A stretch of DNA of 64,000 nt from an uncultured bacterium (GCA_900548385.1 URKJ01000005.1:67793-131792); one strand, 5' to 3'. Counted from the stretch's first letter, positions 29,287 to 39,195 are shown. Notes: generated by a model not told the origin, from the letters alone. Made by a program: numbers and translations.

Positions 29287-30609
29287 TTGCCGGACAACGA
29301 TAATTTATTTGCTCAGATTCTGTTGTTGTTGATTCTGATCGGGCTGAATGCGTTTTTTGCATCGTCGGAAGTCGCTTTGATCTCATTGAAACAGACCGCG
29401 CTGAGGCGTCTGCTTGCGCGGGGAGGCATTCGGGCACGGGCGCTGAAAGCGTTGACGGATGATTCCGGGCGTTTTTTAGCGACCGTTCAGATCGGTGTGA
29501 CGCTTGCCGGTTTTCTCGCCAGCGCGTTTGCCGCAAATTCGTTTTCTGATCCGTTGACCGACTGGCTGGAGAGTCTCGGCGTTACGTTTCTGGCGCACGG
29601 AGCGCTGGATAAAGCGGTGGTTGTGCTGATCACTCTGCTGCTTTCGTATGTTTCACTGGTGTTCGGGGAACTGATCCCCAAGCAGATCGGATTGCGTTAT
29701 ACGGAGTTTATGGCGTATCATGTCGCTTTGCCGATCAATCTGCTTGCCGCGGTTGCCAGACCGTTTGTTTCGTTTCTGAATATTTCCGTGGAATCCTGCA
29801 TGCGGCTGTTCGGACGGAAAGCGGTTGTTTCGGACGGTGTTACCGAAGAGGATATCCGCGCTTTGCTGGAGATCGGGCGCGAACAGGGTGTGATTCCGGA
29901 GGATAAGAAAGAGCTGCTGGAAAATGTTTTTACATTCAGTTCCCGTACTGCTGCCGAGATCATGACGCACCGGACCGGGATTACCGCAGTCGGAGAGAAC
30001 GACCCGCCGGAAAAGATCGAAGCCGTTTTTCTGAATGTCCATTATTCCCGGATTCCCGTTTACCGGGAGGATATTGATAATATTGTCGGCGTGGTGCATC
30101 TCCGTGATTATTTCACGCTCCGCATGAAAAACGGGACCCCGCCGCCGCTGAGCGAGATCATGAAGCCCGTTTACCTGGTGCCGGAGACAATCCGCGCGGA
30201 CCGGCTGTTCCGCAATATGAAAGCCGACCGGATCGGGATGGCGGTACTGCTTGATGAATTCGGCGGAACTGCGGGGATTGTGACGGATGGCGACCTGGTG
30301 GCGGAGATCGTCGGTTCTTTGGGTGACGACCCGCCGTCGTGCCGCAACAAATTGGAGCAGATCGCGGAGAATGTCTGGCGTGCGGATGGTTCCGTCCGGC
30401 TTTCCCGTTTGAAACGGGAGCTTCATCTTGCGCTTCCCGGAGAGACCCGGTATGATACGCTCGGCGGCTTTCTGCTCGCGCGTTCCGGCGGCGTTCCCGA
30501 ATCCGGGACCGTCCTTGACCTGCCGGAGCATCATGTTTCCATGCAGGTGGAAACGATCCGCAATCACCATATCGGAGAAGTGATCATCCGCAGAACGCCA
30601 CAGGAGTGA
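29287..30609 (+). CDS. CNNM/TlyC/CorC-family membrane protein (DUF21, CBS pair, CorC_HlyC domains)
   Basis: The DUF21 N-terminus reads LLLLILIGLNAFFASSEVALISL. A CBS-pair region and a C-terminal CorC_HlyC-like segment follow. The start appears to be TTG. Confidence 0.85.
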   Translation: MPDNDNLFAQILLLLILIGLNAFFASSEVALISLKQTALRRLLARGGIRARALKALTDDSGRFLATVQIGVTLAGFLASAFAANSFSDPLTDWLESLGVTFLAHGALDKAVVVLITLLLSYVSLVFGELIPKQIGLRYTEFMAYHVALPINLLAAVARPFVSFLNISVESCMRLFGRKAVVSDGVTEEDIRALLEIGREQGVIPEDKKELLENVFTFSSRTAAEIMTHRTGITAVGENDPPEKIEAVFLNVHYSRIPVYREDIDNIVGVVHLRDYFTLRMKNGTPPPLSEIMKPVYLVPETIRADRLFRNMKADRIGMAVLLDEFGGTAGIVTDGDLVAEIVGSLGDDPPSCRNKLEQIAENVWRADGSVRLSRLKRELHLALPGETRYDTLGGFLLARSGGVPESGTVLDLPEHHVSMQVETIRNHHIGEVIIRRTPQE

Positions 30610-30620
30610 CGTTCTTATTT

Positions 30621-32474
30621 CTATTCTTCCAGCAGTTCCGCAAGAATGGTTTCCGGTCCGGAAAATTCATACTCGAATTCCATCGTTTTCTGTTCCGGGA
30701 CCGGATTGCCCAGAAGAATACGGACTTTCGCCGGATGGTTGAGGCGGATTGTCCGTTTTCCGCTTTCGGTTGTATGCACCATCAGCAGATCGTGTGCCGC
30801 CCATACCGGGCACTGCATATCGGTGTAGAGATGCACTCCGGCATTCCGGGCGCAGCTTTGCAGCAGTTCCGGTGTCAGCAGGTCCGATTCCGGAATAAAG
30901 AGACTGTGCCAGTCCGGCATTTCCACTGCGGTGACGGATGATGTTCCGAAAGGAATTCCGGTGAGTTCTTTCATGCGTTCCGGGGTTTTGCGGAGACCGT
31001 CAAACAGTGCCGCGCCATAGGTCCAGATGACGGTCCGTCCGTTTTTCAGAATATGCTTATGCAGAATCGCTTCTTTTTCCGGAGTGAGCTCAAACAGGCC
31101 GGAGAAGATGATCAGCCTGAAGCGGGACAGATCAGGGATTCGCGGAATATCCCGGAAGGAAAAGACCCGGTACGGAGTTCCGATCCGGTTGCAGGAGACG
31201 ATCAGCTGGGGGTTGAGCTTGTGTGCAATGGTTTCCCTGTGTTCGTCATTGATGTAATAGGTGCTTTCCGGATCGACGATTACAGCGATTTCGGCTTCCG
31301 GTTCGCGCTCCGGAGATGCCAGACGGTCACTGATCCGTTTGAATTCGCCGATTTCATCGACCAGTTTTTGGGAATCATAATAACCGCCCCACATATCGAA
31401 CCACCAGAGCGATGCTCCGTGGAACAGCGAACGGCAGAACTCCCGCCGGTTGCCTGCAATATCGGCTTTTTCATCGGGCCATCCATGCATCCATTTCAGA
31501 CGGACATGCGGAGTCAGCTGATAGTTCGCAGTGCTGGTTCCGTGGTCGATCTCGTGAAAATAGTTTTTACCGAACAGATGAAGAGTTCCGTTCGGACTCA
31601 TAAATCCGGAGCCGCCGCCCATTTCCCTGTCATAGTAACAGCCGGGACTGATGAAAAAGTCAAGATCCGGGGAAGCGTACACCTTTTCGTATGCGAGATG
31701 TCCGCACTGCACCAGCCGTTCTCCGGTCAGCTGCAGGATATAGCCGAAAAATGCGCCGAGGGCGGTTGCGCGCGGAATAAGCGTCCGCGCTTCCCGCGCG
31801 AAAAGGCCGATTCCGTCTGCAATGCATTCGCTGATGAAACGCCAGTAACGCAGGGCGCCGGCATCGGTTTCCGGATCGCGCAGATGCAGCGGCGGATCGG
31901 AGCGGAACCGCCGGCTGAGCGTCGGGATGGAATCCGGTTCCCCGAATCCGTGTTCGCGGCTCCATTGGCGGTATGCGTCCAGCTTGCCCGCCAGTTCGCG
32001 CCCTTTGGAATAATCCATCCATTCATCCGTCATTCCACAGGCGAGAATATAACCCTTGATTCGTCCGGGATAAGCGGTTTCGAGGTGTGTGATGAGTGCC
32101 CGCATATAGTTCAGAGTTTCTTTGCGCCAGCGTTCCGTGGTGAGCGCATCGCTGAGTCCCATTGTGCTGTCGGCGAGAGTCCCCATCAGCTGACGGATCA
32201 GCCAGTTCGGGGAATTGAGGTCGATCATGCAAAGCAGTTCCGCTTCCGGAGCAACGGAGAGGATATCGTCGATCTGCCGGTCGGCGTGTCCGAATTCGCA
32301 GGCGTCGAAATAAAGCCAGTTCGGCGGATAATCAACATAGGGTTGACCGAGCGAATTGGTGGTATTGGATGGAAACACGCAGAACTGGCGGATTCCTGCA
32401 TCATAGAAACGCTTGACGGTATGCAGTTCTTTGCGGAATGAACGGTAAGCGAAAAACGGTTTTATCGGCATCAT
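30621..32474 (-). CDS. Cytoplasmic GH42-like glycoside hydrolase candidate (TIM barrel plus trimerisation-like domain, family unassigned)
   Basis: The 617-aa protein has no signal peptide. Candidate acid/base and nucleophile segments are GMTDEWMDY and YFHEIDH. The second half is GH42M-like (AEIAVIVDPESTYY...RLIIFSG). The function call is weak. Confidence 0.5.
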   Translation of the reverse strand: MMPIKPFFAYRSFRKELHTVKRFYDAGIRQFCVFPSNTTNSLGQPYVDYPPNWLYFDACEFGHADRQIDDILSVAPEAELLCMIDLNSPNWLIRQLMGTLADSTMGLSDALTTERWRKETLNYMRALITHLETAYPGRIKGYILACGMTDEWMDYSKGRELAGKLDAYRQWSREHGFGEPDSIPTLSRRFRSDPPLHLRDPETDAGALRYWRFISECIADGIGLFAREARTLIPRATALGAFFGYILQLTGERLVQCGHLAYEKVYASPDLDFFISPGCYYDREMGGGSGFMSPNGTLHLFGKNYFHEIDHGTSTANYQLTPHVRLKWMHGWPDEKADIAGNRREFCRSLFHGASLWWFDMWGGYYDSQKLVDEIGEFKRISDRLASPEREPEAEIAVIVDPESTYYINDEHRETIAHKLNPQLIVSCNRIGTPYRVFSFRDIPRIPDLSRFRLIIFSGLFELTPEKEAILHKHILKNGRTVIWTYGAALFDGLRKTPERMKELTGIPFGTSSVTAVEMPDWHSLFIPESDLLTPELLQSCARNAGVHLYTDMQCPVWAAHDLLMVHTTESGKRTIRLNHPAKVRILLGNPVPEQKTMEFEYEFSGPETILAELLEE

Positions 32475-32488
32475 GGCGGAATGGATTC

Positions 32489-33253
32489 CTATTTTATATG
32501 GTTGAGAGCGTATTTCCGGGAGATTTCACGTCCGTAGACCGTAAGAAATTCCACATCGAAACGCTGTTTTTCCTGAGTGACGAGATTGAACGGACGGGCG
32601 GAGGCGAAAGCCGCAATACATATCCCGTCCAGAAAAATCGGGACCGCGGTGATGCCCCACATCTCTGTGACAAGGGAAACGTATCCATTGCTGCGGACTT
32701 CATTAAAATAGCGGTTTCTGCTTTCCGCGTCTCCGAAAACTCTGTGCATGAACGAGGTCACAGAGAGTATCTCCGAATGGCGGCGGAACAGTTCTTCCCG
32801 TTCCGCGGGTGCCATGCAGGCGAGAAAGACGTGCCCCGAAGCGGTGAATGCGAGATCGTTGTTTCCCAGCGGGCGGAGGTCGATGGAAAGCGACGGACAG
32901 CCGTTGCACTCAAGCAGATTGTAGCGCTGTCCGTTGTACATCAGGGAAAATGTGATGAATGTTTCGAGCCGTTCGGCGGCTTTTTTGACATACGGCGCGG
33001 CAATCTGCCGGAGATCCGGTTCGTAGCGGACCTGTTTGCCGAATGCGAATGCGCGTATTCCCGCCCGGAATCCTTTCCGCGGCCCGGCGTGTTCCAGATA
33101 GCCGAGTTCGACCAGATCGGCTACCAGCCGCGCACAGGTCTGTTTATTGAGTCCGGAAATGGAAACCAGTTCCGGAAGCAGGACCGGTTTCGGGGAATGG
33201 GTTACAGCACATTCCAGAACCCGGAACATCTTGTCCAGTACTTTTGTTTTCAT
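32489..33253 (-). CDS. IclR-family transcriptional regulator
   Basis: A winged HTH (VLDKMFRVLECAV...LPELVSISGLNKQTCARLVADLVELGYLE) is followed by a GAF-like effector domain. The gene ends 14 nt upstream of the GH42-like gene. Confidence 0.85.
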   Translation of the reverse strand: MKTKVLDKMFRVLECAVTHSPKPVLLPELVSISGLNKQTCARLVADLVELGYLEHAGPRKGFRAGIRAFAFGKQVRYEPDLRQIAAPYVKKAAERLETFITFSLMYNGQRYNLLECNGCPSLSIDLRPLGNNDLAFTASGHVFLACMAPAEREELFRRHSEILSVTSFMHRVFGDAESRNRYFNEVRSNGYVSLVTEMWGITAVPIFLDGICIAAFASARPFNLVTQEKQRFDVEFLTVYGREISRKYALNHIK

Positions 33254-33256
33254 AGT

Positions 33257-33404
33257 CTCGTATTGTGTTATTAATGTTGTTCTCTTTTATTTTCTTTTTA
33301 AATATATCTGCAACTGAAAGAAATCAAGAGAAAAGGAAAAAGAATTTTTTATAATCCCGTATTGTGATTCTAAATAAATTTTATAAAATCTGTTATAATA
33401 CGGG
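33257..33404. promoter_or_regulatory. AT-rich control region with three copies of a C(T/C)CGTATT(G/A)T motif (candidate IclR operators)
   Basis: CTCGTATTGTG lies at 33257-33267 and CCCGTATTGTG at 33356-33366. An inverted copy, ATAATACGGG, lies at 33395-33404. The region is clearly more AT-rich than its flanks. Confidence 0.4.
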
Positions 33405-33482
33405 ATGGAGAAGCTGAATTGTGAGAACAGGGGCAATTCGGTTTGTTACTTCAGACTCCGGCCGGGGGTGTTTCGGGACGGC

Positions 33483-34043
33483 TCAATCCGCAGGAGAATC
33501 CGACTGTATTTTTTTGGCGGACGATGCCAGAATCCTGATCAGCATGAGCAGATCAAGAGGGATCAGGATGAAGATCGGCAGAATAATCATGATCCCGAAC
33601 TGGAAATGTTCCGGACGCTCCTGCAATGCAACCGAATAACAGAATGGGATGCTGACCAGTGCCGTCAGGAGTGGAATGCAAATCCGGAATTTCCGTTTCA
33701 GGCGGATCGAACAGGAGGTCACTGCCAGCATAACCGGAGGAAAGGTGCAGCATATTGTTATCTTGAGCATCATGGGGGCTAAACCTTCCATTCCGCCGAT
33801 TACCGGTGTTCCGAATAACAGCAGAACGGCAAGAATAAGGGCGTAGCCCAGCGGATACAGCAGAACGGGAACATAGTCACTCCATTTTCCGCAGAATGCC
33901 GGATAAGCCAACGGAATCGTTATCAGAAGATAGGAGCAGAAGAAATAGAGAAAATGAGGAATTCCCCCGTGTGTCGGCATCACCACCCCGGCAAAGACTG
34001 CTCCGGACAGAAACAGGAGGAGTTTTGCCGCGGTTCGTTTCAT
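33483..34043 (-). CDS. Polytopic membrane protein, function unknown
   Basis: The 186-aa protein has about 6 helices. Its start overlaps the ispE stop as ATGA. Confidence 0.55.
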   Translation of the reverse strand: MKRTAAKLLLFLSGAVFAGVVMPTHGGIPHFLYFFCSYLLITIPLAYPAFCGKWSDYVPVLLYPLGYALILAVLLLFGTPVIGGMEGLAPMMLKITICCTFPPVMLAVTSCSIRLKRKFRICIPLLTALVSIPFCYSVALQERPEHFQFGIMIILPIFILIPLDLLMLIRILASSAKKIQSDSPAD

Positions 34044-34849
34044 CGGTTTTTCAGCTCCTGTTCCGCCCGGTCCCGCGCAGCAGAGTCTGCGAACAGAGCG
34101 AAAAGAGTCGGTCCGCTTCCGGTAATCTGAACTCCCAGTGCGCCGAGGGATTTCAGCCGTTCCGCCGCGAGGGTCAGATATGGAAATTTCCGCCAGGCGG
34201 CAACGGCAAGGTCGTTGCGCAGGAATCTGCCCGCACGTTCATAGTCGCAGACCTGAAGCGCGTCAATCAGAGCGTCGATCGGGCGGTTGTCATCCGTATG
34301 GACGATGTGGCGGTAAGACCACGGCGTTGAAACTGGAAACGGCATCGGCAGGATCAGGACCGGAGGCGGGGGAAAGACCGCAAGCGGGGTCAGCTGCTCT
34401 CCGAGTCCGCGGCCGATACAGGGAACCGGATTCAGAAAGAACGGCACATCCGCTCCGCATGCCAGCGCGGCAGCGGCTCCATGGTCCGGCAGAGAGCCGT
34501 AACGGGACTGCACTGCGCGTATGACGGCGGCGGCGTCGGAACTTCCGCCGCCCATTCCCGCCGCGATGGGGATTCGTTTGCGGATATGGATGGAAAGCGA
34601 TGGACGGATCTTCAACGCTCCGCAGACCGCTTCCGCCGCTTTGCCGCAGAGGTTGTCGCGTCCCGTCGGGATCGCGGCGTCGGAAGAGACTTCGATTTCT
34701 CCGCGTTCATCGTCCCGGAATGTGATGTTGATCTCATCCGCGGGCGTATCCAACGGCAGAAACAGCGTTTCGATTTCGTGATAACCGTTTGACCGCGTTC
34801 CGCAGACCCGCAGATAGAGATTGATCTTGGAACATGCCCGGATTTTCAT
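34040..34849 (-). CDS. ispE: 4-diphosphocytidyl-2-C-methyl-D-erythritol kinase
   Basis: GHMP kinase motifs are present (KINLYLRV, GYHEIETLF, IPIAAGMGGGSSDAAA). I placed the start at ATG 34849, 1 nt after the upstream stop. Confidence 0.88.
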   Translation of the reverse strand: MKIRACSKINLYLRVCGTRSNGYHEIETLFLPLDTPADEINITFRDDERGEIEVSSDAAIPTGRDNLCGKAAEAVCGALKIRPSLSIHIRKRIPIAAGMGGGSSDAAAVIRAVQSRYGSLPDHGAAAALACGADVPFFLNPVPCIGRGLGEQLTPLAVFPPPPVLILPMPFPVSTPWSYRHIVHTDDNRPIDALIDALQVCDYERAGRFLRNDLAVAAWRKFPYLTLAAERLKSLGALGVQITGSGPTLFALFADSAARDRAEQELKNR

Positions 34850-34850
34850 C

Positions 34851-35861
34851 TCAGGGCTTCCGCAGCTTATAGAGTCCGTATTTGTTGTTGTAAGAAGAGA
34901 TTTCATCGGTGATCCGCACGGCAAGCGCAAGAGCGTTCAATCCGTCCTGACCGGAAACGCGCGGTTTGACCACGGTTCCTCCGTTGGCTTTGGTGGCGGC
35001 GACGCAGGCGATGAAGTTTTCCAGTTCGGCGGCGAGAGCGTTTTTCTCGCAGAGGTCGATCTGTTTCTTGGAAACGCCGATCAGTCCGCGCCGGTAGATT
35101 TTTCCGCTGTGGCTGGCGTAGTCCATTGAAATGTAGGAATCCGTCTGAAATACGCGGAATTTGCGCATGGGGTCCGGGCTCATGCGGCTTGCCGTGACGT
35201 TGGCGACTGCTCCGTTGGCGAATTTGATTCGGACGTTTGCGATGTCTTCCGTTTTGCTGAGGACGGGAATTCCGACTGCGTCGATGCGTTCGACGGGAGT
35301 GCCCACCATCGTCAGAATGAGGTCAAGATCATGGATCATCAGGTCGAGCACGACGCTGACTTCCGTTCCCCGCCGGTGCAGTCCGGGACGCGGCGGCGGA
35401 TATTTCGCCAGCCGGTGTGCTTCGATGAACAGCGTGTTCGAGTGGTGTTTTTCCAGATAATCCATTGCCGGATTGAAGCGTTCCACATGGCCGACTCCGA
35501 AAACGAGTCCGCGTTCTTCCGCGACTTTCACCATTTCCTCCGCTTCGGCAACGGTTGCGGCGATCGGCTTTTCCATGAGGATGTGTTTGTTCATTGCCAT
35601 AAGTTCCATCGCGGCGGCATGGTGTCCGGTTGCGGGAACGGCGACGCTGAGAGCCTCGCACTGTTCTGCGAGTTCCCGGATCGTGGCGAACGCCTTTGTA
35701 CCGAACTCTTTGGCGACGGCTTCCGCGGCTTTGGGGTTTACATCGTAAACACCCACAAGTTCCGCGTTTGCGGATTCACTGTAAATTTTCGTATGGTATC
35801 TGCCGAGCACGCCGACACCGACGACTCCGACTTTGATTTTGCTGGATGGATTGCCGAACAT
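34851..35861 (-). CDS. Gfo/Idh/MocA-family NAD(P)-dependent oxidoreductase
   Basis: A Rossmann N-terminus (KVGVVGVGVLGRYH) and the EKP motif (ILMEKPIA) in a 336-aa protein. Confidence 0.8.
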   Translation of the reverse strand: MFGNPSSKIKVGVVGVGVLGRYHTKIYSESANAELVGVYDVNPKAAEAVAKEFGTKAFATIRELAEQCEALSVAVPATGHHAAAMELMAMNKHILMEKPIAATVAEAEEMVKVAEERGLVFGVGHVERFNPAMDYLEKHHSNTLFIEAHRLAKYPPPRPGLHRRGTEVSVVLDLMIHDLDLILTMVGTPVERIDAVGIPVLSKTEDIANVRIKFANGAVANVTASRMSPDPMRKFRVFQTDSYISMDYASHSGKIYRRGLIGVSKKQIDLCEKNALAAELENFIACVAATKANGGTVVKPRVSGQDGLNALALAVRITDEISSYNNKYGLYKLRKP

Positions 35862-35897
35862 GGGACCCCCTCAGGCTGGTTTGTTACAGAAACGAAA

Positions 35898-35924
35898 CCG
35901 GACGAACCGTTATTGTTCGTCCGG
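35898..35924 (-). terminator. Rho-independent terminator after the TIGR04073-like gene
   Basis: A perfect 10-bp stem, CCGGACGAAC / GTTCGTCCGG, encloses a 7-nt loop. On the minus strand it is followed by TTTCGTTTCTG. Confidence 0.6.
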
Positions 35925-35950
35925 CGGCGGAAATCCTGGCTGGAACCGCG

Positions 35951-36385
35951 TCAGTTCAGGATCGCCGAATTCGGATAAACGAAATTGTAAGCGTTCTTAT
36001 CCGGTGTGATGATCCATTCGGGGCGCATGATCGGGCCATATCCCCAACCGGCTTCGCGCTCATCGGGCATGCAGCCGGGCAGCGGGACCGGGAAAGTGAC
36101 GATATCGACCACGCCGACGATTTCGCGTTTGATGACGTTGTAGACGCCGTAGAGCACGCCGTAGGTGCACGCTGCGAGTCCGCCCTCTTCAAAGTTGACT
36201 TCGTACATCTTCAGCGGAAGCTCCAAGGCTCCGAAGCCGACATTGACGATGCCGCGTCCCAGTTTCCGGGTGATGTTCTCCATATAGGAGTCCACTTCCT
36301 TGCCTTCGGCCGCCATCGCAGGGGTGACGGTTCCAACGACGCAAAGAACGGCGGCTGCAACCATGATTGTTTTCCAGAATTTCAT
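35951..36385 (-). CDS. Exported small protein resembling the exosortase-system-associated TIGR04073 family
   Basis: A signal peptide (MKFWKTIMVAAAVLCVVGTVTPAMA) is followed by the family-like core RKLGRGIVNVGFGALELP. The family assignment is from memory. Confidence 0.55.
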   Translation of the reverse strand: MKFWKTIMVAAAVLCVVGTVTPAMAAEGKEVDSYMENITRKLGRGIVNVGFGALELPLKMYEVNFEEGGLAACTYGVLYGVYNVIKREIVGVVDIVTFPVPLPGCMPDEREAGWGYGPIMRPEWIITPDKNAYNFVYPNSAILN

Positions 36386-36551
36386 GTTCTCTCCTTACTT
36401 TTTGCATATTTTTTAAAAGATTTCTTCATTTCTTCCGGAAATGACAGTGGCATTTCTGAAAATATAAGCTAATATATTGCTGACTTCCGTTCTCTTCAAG
36501 TGAAAGTTGCAGAAGTTTTTTAAAAAACAGAACAATAAATACGGATTTTTT

Positions 36552-37037
36552 ATGAAAAAAGAGAAAAAAAACGCCGAAACATCGAAAAACGCCGTCCATC
36601 AGGGACTTACCCTTCTGAACCGGAACCATAAAGATTACCCGGATTCCCCGGAAAAAGCAAAACTGGAGGCGTTCGACAATAAATTCCCCGGAAACGATTA
36701 TGTCATCGAATTTGACTGCCCGGAGTTCACCAGTCTTTGCCCCGTTACCGGACAGCCCGATTTCGGGCACATCAAAGTGCGGTATATTGCGGATAAACGC
36801 TGCGTGGAAAGCAAATCTTTAAAACTCTACTTGTTTTCTTACCGGAACCATAATACATTTCATGAAGAAGCGGTCAATCAGATTCTGACCGATCTTGTGA
36901 AACTGCTTTCTCCGCGCTGGATGCGCGTGGAGGGCGTATTCCGTCCGAGAGGCGGGATCGCGATATCCGTTGCGGCGGAGGGCGGTTCCTCGCCGGAACT
37001 GGCATCCAAAACAGAGAAACCTATTCAATTAACATAA
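36552..37037 (+). CDS. queF: NADPH-dependent 7-cyano-7-deazaguanine (preQ0) reductase, type I
   Basis: The catalytic Cys context (SLCPVTGQPDF) and the QueF motif (ESKSLKLYLFSYRN) are present. ATG 36552 is preferred over TTG 36507. Confidence 0.9.
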   Translation: MKKEKKNAETSKNAVHQGLTLLNRNHKDYPDSPEKAKLEAFDNKFPGNDYVIEFDCPEFTSLCPVTGQPDFGHIKVRYIADKRCVESKSLKLYLFSYRNHNTFHEEAVNQILTDLVKLLSPRWMRVEGVFRPRGGIAISVAAEGGSSPELASKTEKPIQLT

Positions 37038-37052
37038 GGTTGAAACAGAAAA

Positions 37053-38276
37053 ATGAACATGGATTTCATTGAAAACGGCGGTGTGACTTCTCCGATGGGA
37101 TTTCAGGCGGCGGGCGTTTGTGCCGGGCTCAAACGCAGTCAGGCTCCCGACATGGCACTGCTCCGCTCCGAAACGCCTTGCAGCTTTTCGGGCACTTTCA
37201 CGTCCAATCTCTTTCCGGCGGCTCCCGTTCAGCTCTGCAAGGAACGCGTTCTGAAGCAGAAGAAGATTCAGGCGGTCGTCATCAACAGCGGCGTGGCAAA
37301 TGCCTGCACGGGGATCGAAGGGTACGGCAATGCTGAAAAAATGGCGGAACTGACCGCGCGCGAACTGAATATTGCTCCGGAAATGGTGATGGTTTCCTCC
37401 ACGGGGCGGATCGGCAACCAGCTGCCGATGGATAAGATTGAAAAAGGGATCGTCATGGCGGCGAAGGCCCTCCGTTCCGACGGCGGCGCGGAAGCCGCGG
37501 AAGCCATCATGACCACCGATACCAAACCGAAAGAGATTGCGCTCTCTTTTGGTGCCGGGAACCGCAAAGTCACGATCGGGGGAATGTGCAAGGGCGCAGG
37601 AATGATCGCTCCTAAAATGACCGTACCTCATGCGACCATGCTCTGCTATATCACAACCGACTGCGCAATTTCCAACGAACTGCTCGGTTCCATGCTCGGT
37701 GAAATCGTCGATGACTCCTTCAACAAAGTCACTGTTGATGGCGATATGAGCACAAACGACACGGTCGTTGTGATGGCGAACGGTGCGTCCGGCGTTGAGA
37801 TCCGGAACGGTTCCCCGGAAGCGGAGCATTTCAAAGTGGCTCTGACGATGGTTGCCCAGCATCTTGCAAGAGCGATTGCGATGGACGGTGAAGGGGCGAC
37901 GAAGTTCGTCAGCGTCGAGGTTCGGGGCGCCGCAACCTCCCATGACGCTGAAATGTGCGCCCGCACCGTAGCCAACTCGCTGCTCTGCAAGACCGCATGG
38001 TTCGGCTGCGATCCGAATTGGGGACGCGTTCTCGCCGCGGCGGGACGTTCCGGCGCGAACTTTTCCGCAGAGAACGTTTCTCTGGATTACGATGAAATGC
38101 CGGTCGTCCGCAACGGAATGGATGCCGGAACGCCGGAAACGGAACTGGCGCAGGTGATGAAGCGCGGCGAATTCACCATCAAGCTGGATCTCGGTGAGGG
38201 ACACGGGACGTTCACGGTCTGGACCTCCGATGTTTCCTATGAATATGTAAAGATCAATGCGGATTATCATACCTGA
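37053..38276 (+). CDS. argJ: Bifunctional ornithine acetyltransferase / N-acetylglutamate synthase
   Basis: The 407-aa protein has the autoprocessing site context HATMLCYITTD and a typical ArgJ N-terminus (GVTSPMGFQAAGV). Confidence 0.92.
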   Translation: MNMDFIENGGVTSPMGFQAAGVCAGLKRSQAPDMALLRSETPCSFSGTFTSNLFPAAPVQLCKERVLKQKKIQAVVINSGVANACTGIEGYGNAEKMAELTARELNIAPEMVMVSSTGRIGNQLPMDKIEKGIVMAAKALRSDGGAEAAEAIMTTDTKPKEIALSFGAGNRKVTIGGMCKGAGMIAPKMTVPHATMLCYITTDCAISNELLGSMLGEIVDDSFNKVTVDGDMSTNDTVVVMANGASGVEIRNGSPEAEHFKVALTMVAQHLARAIAMDGEGATKFVSVEVRGAATSHDAEMCARTVANSLLCKTAWFGCDPNWGRVLAAAGRSGANFSAENVSLDYDEMPVVRNGMDAGTPETELAQVMKRGEFTIKLDLGEGHGTFTVWTSDVSYEYVKINADYHT

Positions 38277-38293
38277 TTCGGAGGACAGATAAA

Positions 38294-39169
38294 ATGAATC
38301 ATGCAATGGAACGGGCGGAAGTGTTGACCGAAGCGCTTCCCTACATTCAGAAATTCCGTGACGACCTGATCGTCATCAAATTCGGCGGCAGTGCGATGGA
38401 GGATCCCGACCTGATCCGGCGGACGATGCGCGACATCGTTCTGCTGGAGGCGACCGGCATGAAACCGGTTGTGGTCCACGGCGGCGGAAAAGCCATTACC
38501 GCGCGGCTGAAAGAACTCAATATCGAAACGAAATTCATCAACGGACTGCGCGTGACCTGCGAAAAGACGATCGCCGTGGTTGACGACGTTCTTCACAACA
38601 ACACGAACCGTCTGCTGGTCAACGGGATCCTGGAAGCGGGCGGAAAAGGCTGCCAGATCTCCGGCAAGAAGATGCTCCGCGCAGAGCGGCTGACTTCCCG
38701 TGACAAAGAGACCGGGGAGGAGCTTGACATCGGATTTGTCGGCAAGGTTGTAGCCGTGGACGTCGCGCCGATCCGCGATGCTCTGAATTACGGTTTTATT
38801 CCGGTGATCGCTCCGCTTGCAGCCGACTTTTACGGTCAGGTGTACAACATCAACGCCGATATGGCGGCGTGTGATATTGCACGCACTCTCAAGGCGCGCA
38901 AGCTGATATTCCTGAGCGATGTCCCCGGAATTCTCCGCGATCCGAAAGACGAAAAATCGTTGATTTCTTCGATCAAAACATCGGAAGTGGAGCCGCTGAT
39001 CGCCGAAGGAGTTCTTTCCGGCGGAATGCTTCCGAAGATCCGCAGTTCGGTTGCCGCGCTCGAAGCGGGGACCCGTGAAGTGCAGATGATCGACGGACGT
39101 GTTCCCCATTCCCTGCTCCTGGAAATTTTCACGGACAGGGGTATCGGTACGGAGATCGTCAAAGGCTGA
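38294..39169 (+). CDS. argB: Acetylglutamate kinase
   Basis: Amino-acid-kinase fold motifs are present (VIKFGGSAM, VVVHGGG, NINADMAA). Confidence 0.92.
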   Translation: MNHAMERAEVLTEALPYIQKFRDDLIVIKFGGSAMEDPDLIRRTMRDIVLLEATGMKPVVVHGGGKAITARLKELNIETKFINGLRVTCEKTIAVVDDVLHNNTNRLLVNGILEAGGKGCQISGKKMLRAERLTSRDKETGEELDIGFVGKVVAVDVAPIRDALNYGFIPVIAPLAADFYGQVYNINADMAACDIARTLKARKLIFLSDVPGILRDPKDEKSLISSIKTSEVEPLIAEGVLSGGMLPKIRSSVAALEAGTREVQMIDGRVPHSLLLEIFTDRGIGTEIVKG

Positions 39170-39195
39170 AACGGACAAGCATCAGTCAGTTGAAG

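Noticed and set aside
33405-33782. A 125-aa plus-strand ORF starting in the AT-rich spacer.
   Set aside because: Most of it is antisense to a well-formed polytopic membrane-protein gene that is ATGA-coupled to ispE. Its translation has no recognisable features.
36494-36551. A possible preQ1-I riboswitch upstream of queF, seen as a CTTC...GAAG hairpin followed by an AAAAAACAG tail.
   Set aside because: The stem is only 4 bp and the loop lacks the conserved preQ1-I nucleotides. The A-run is half of a perfect AT palindrome (GTTTTTTAAAAAAC, 36515-36528). No convincing P2 pseudoknot partner is present. An Rfam RF00522 scan would settle it.
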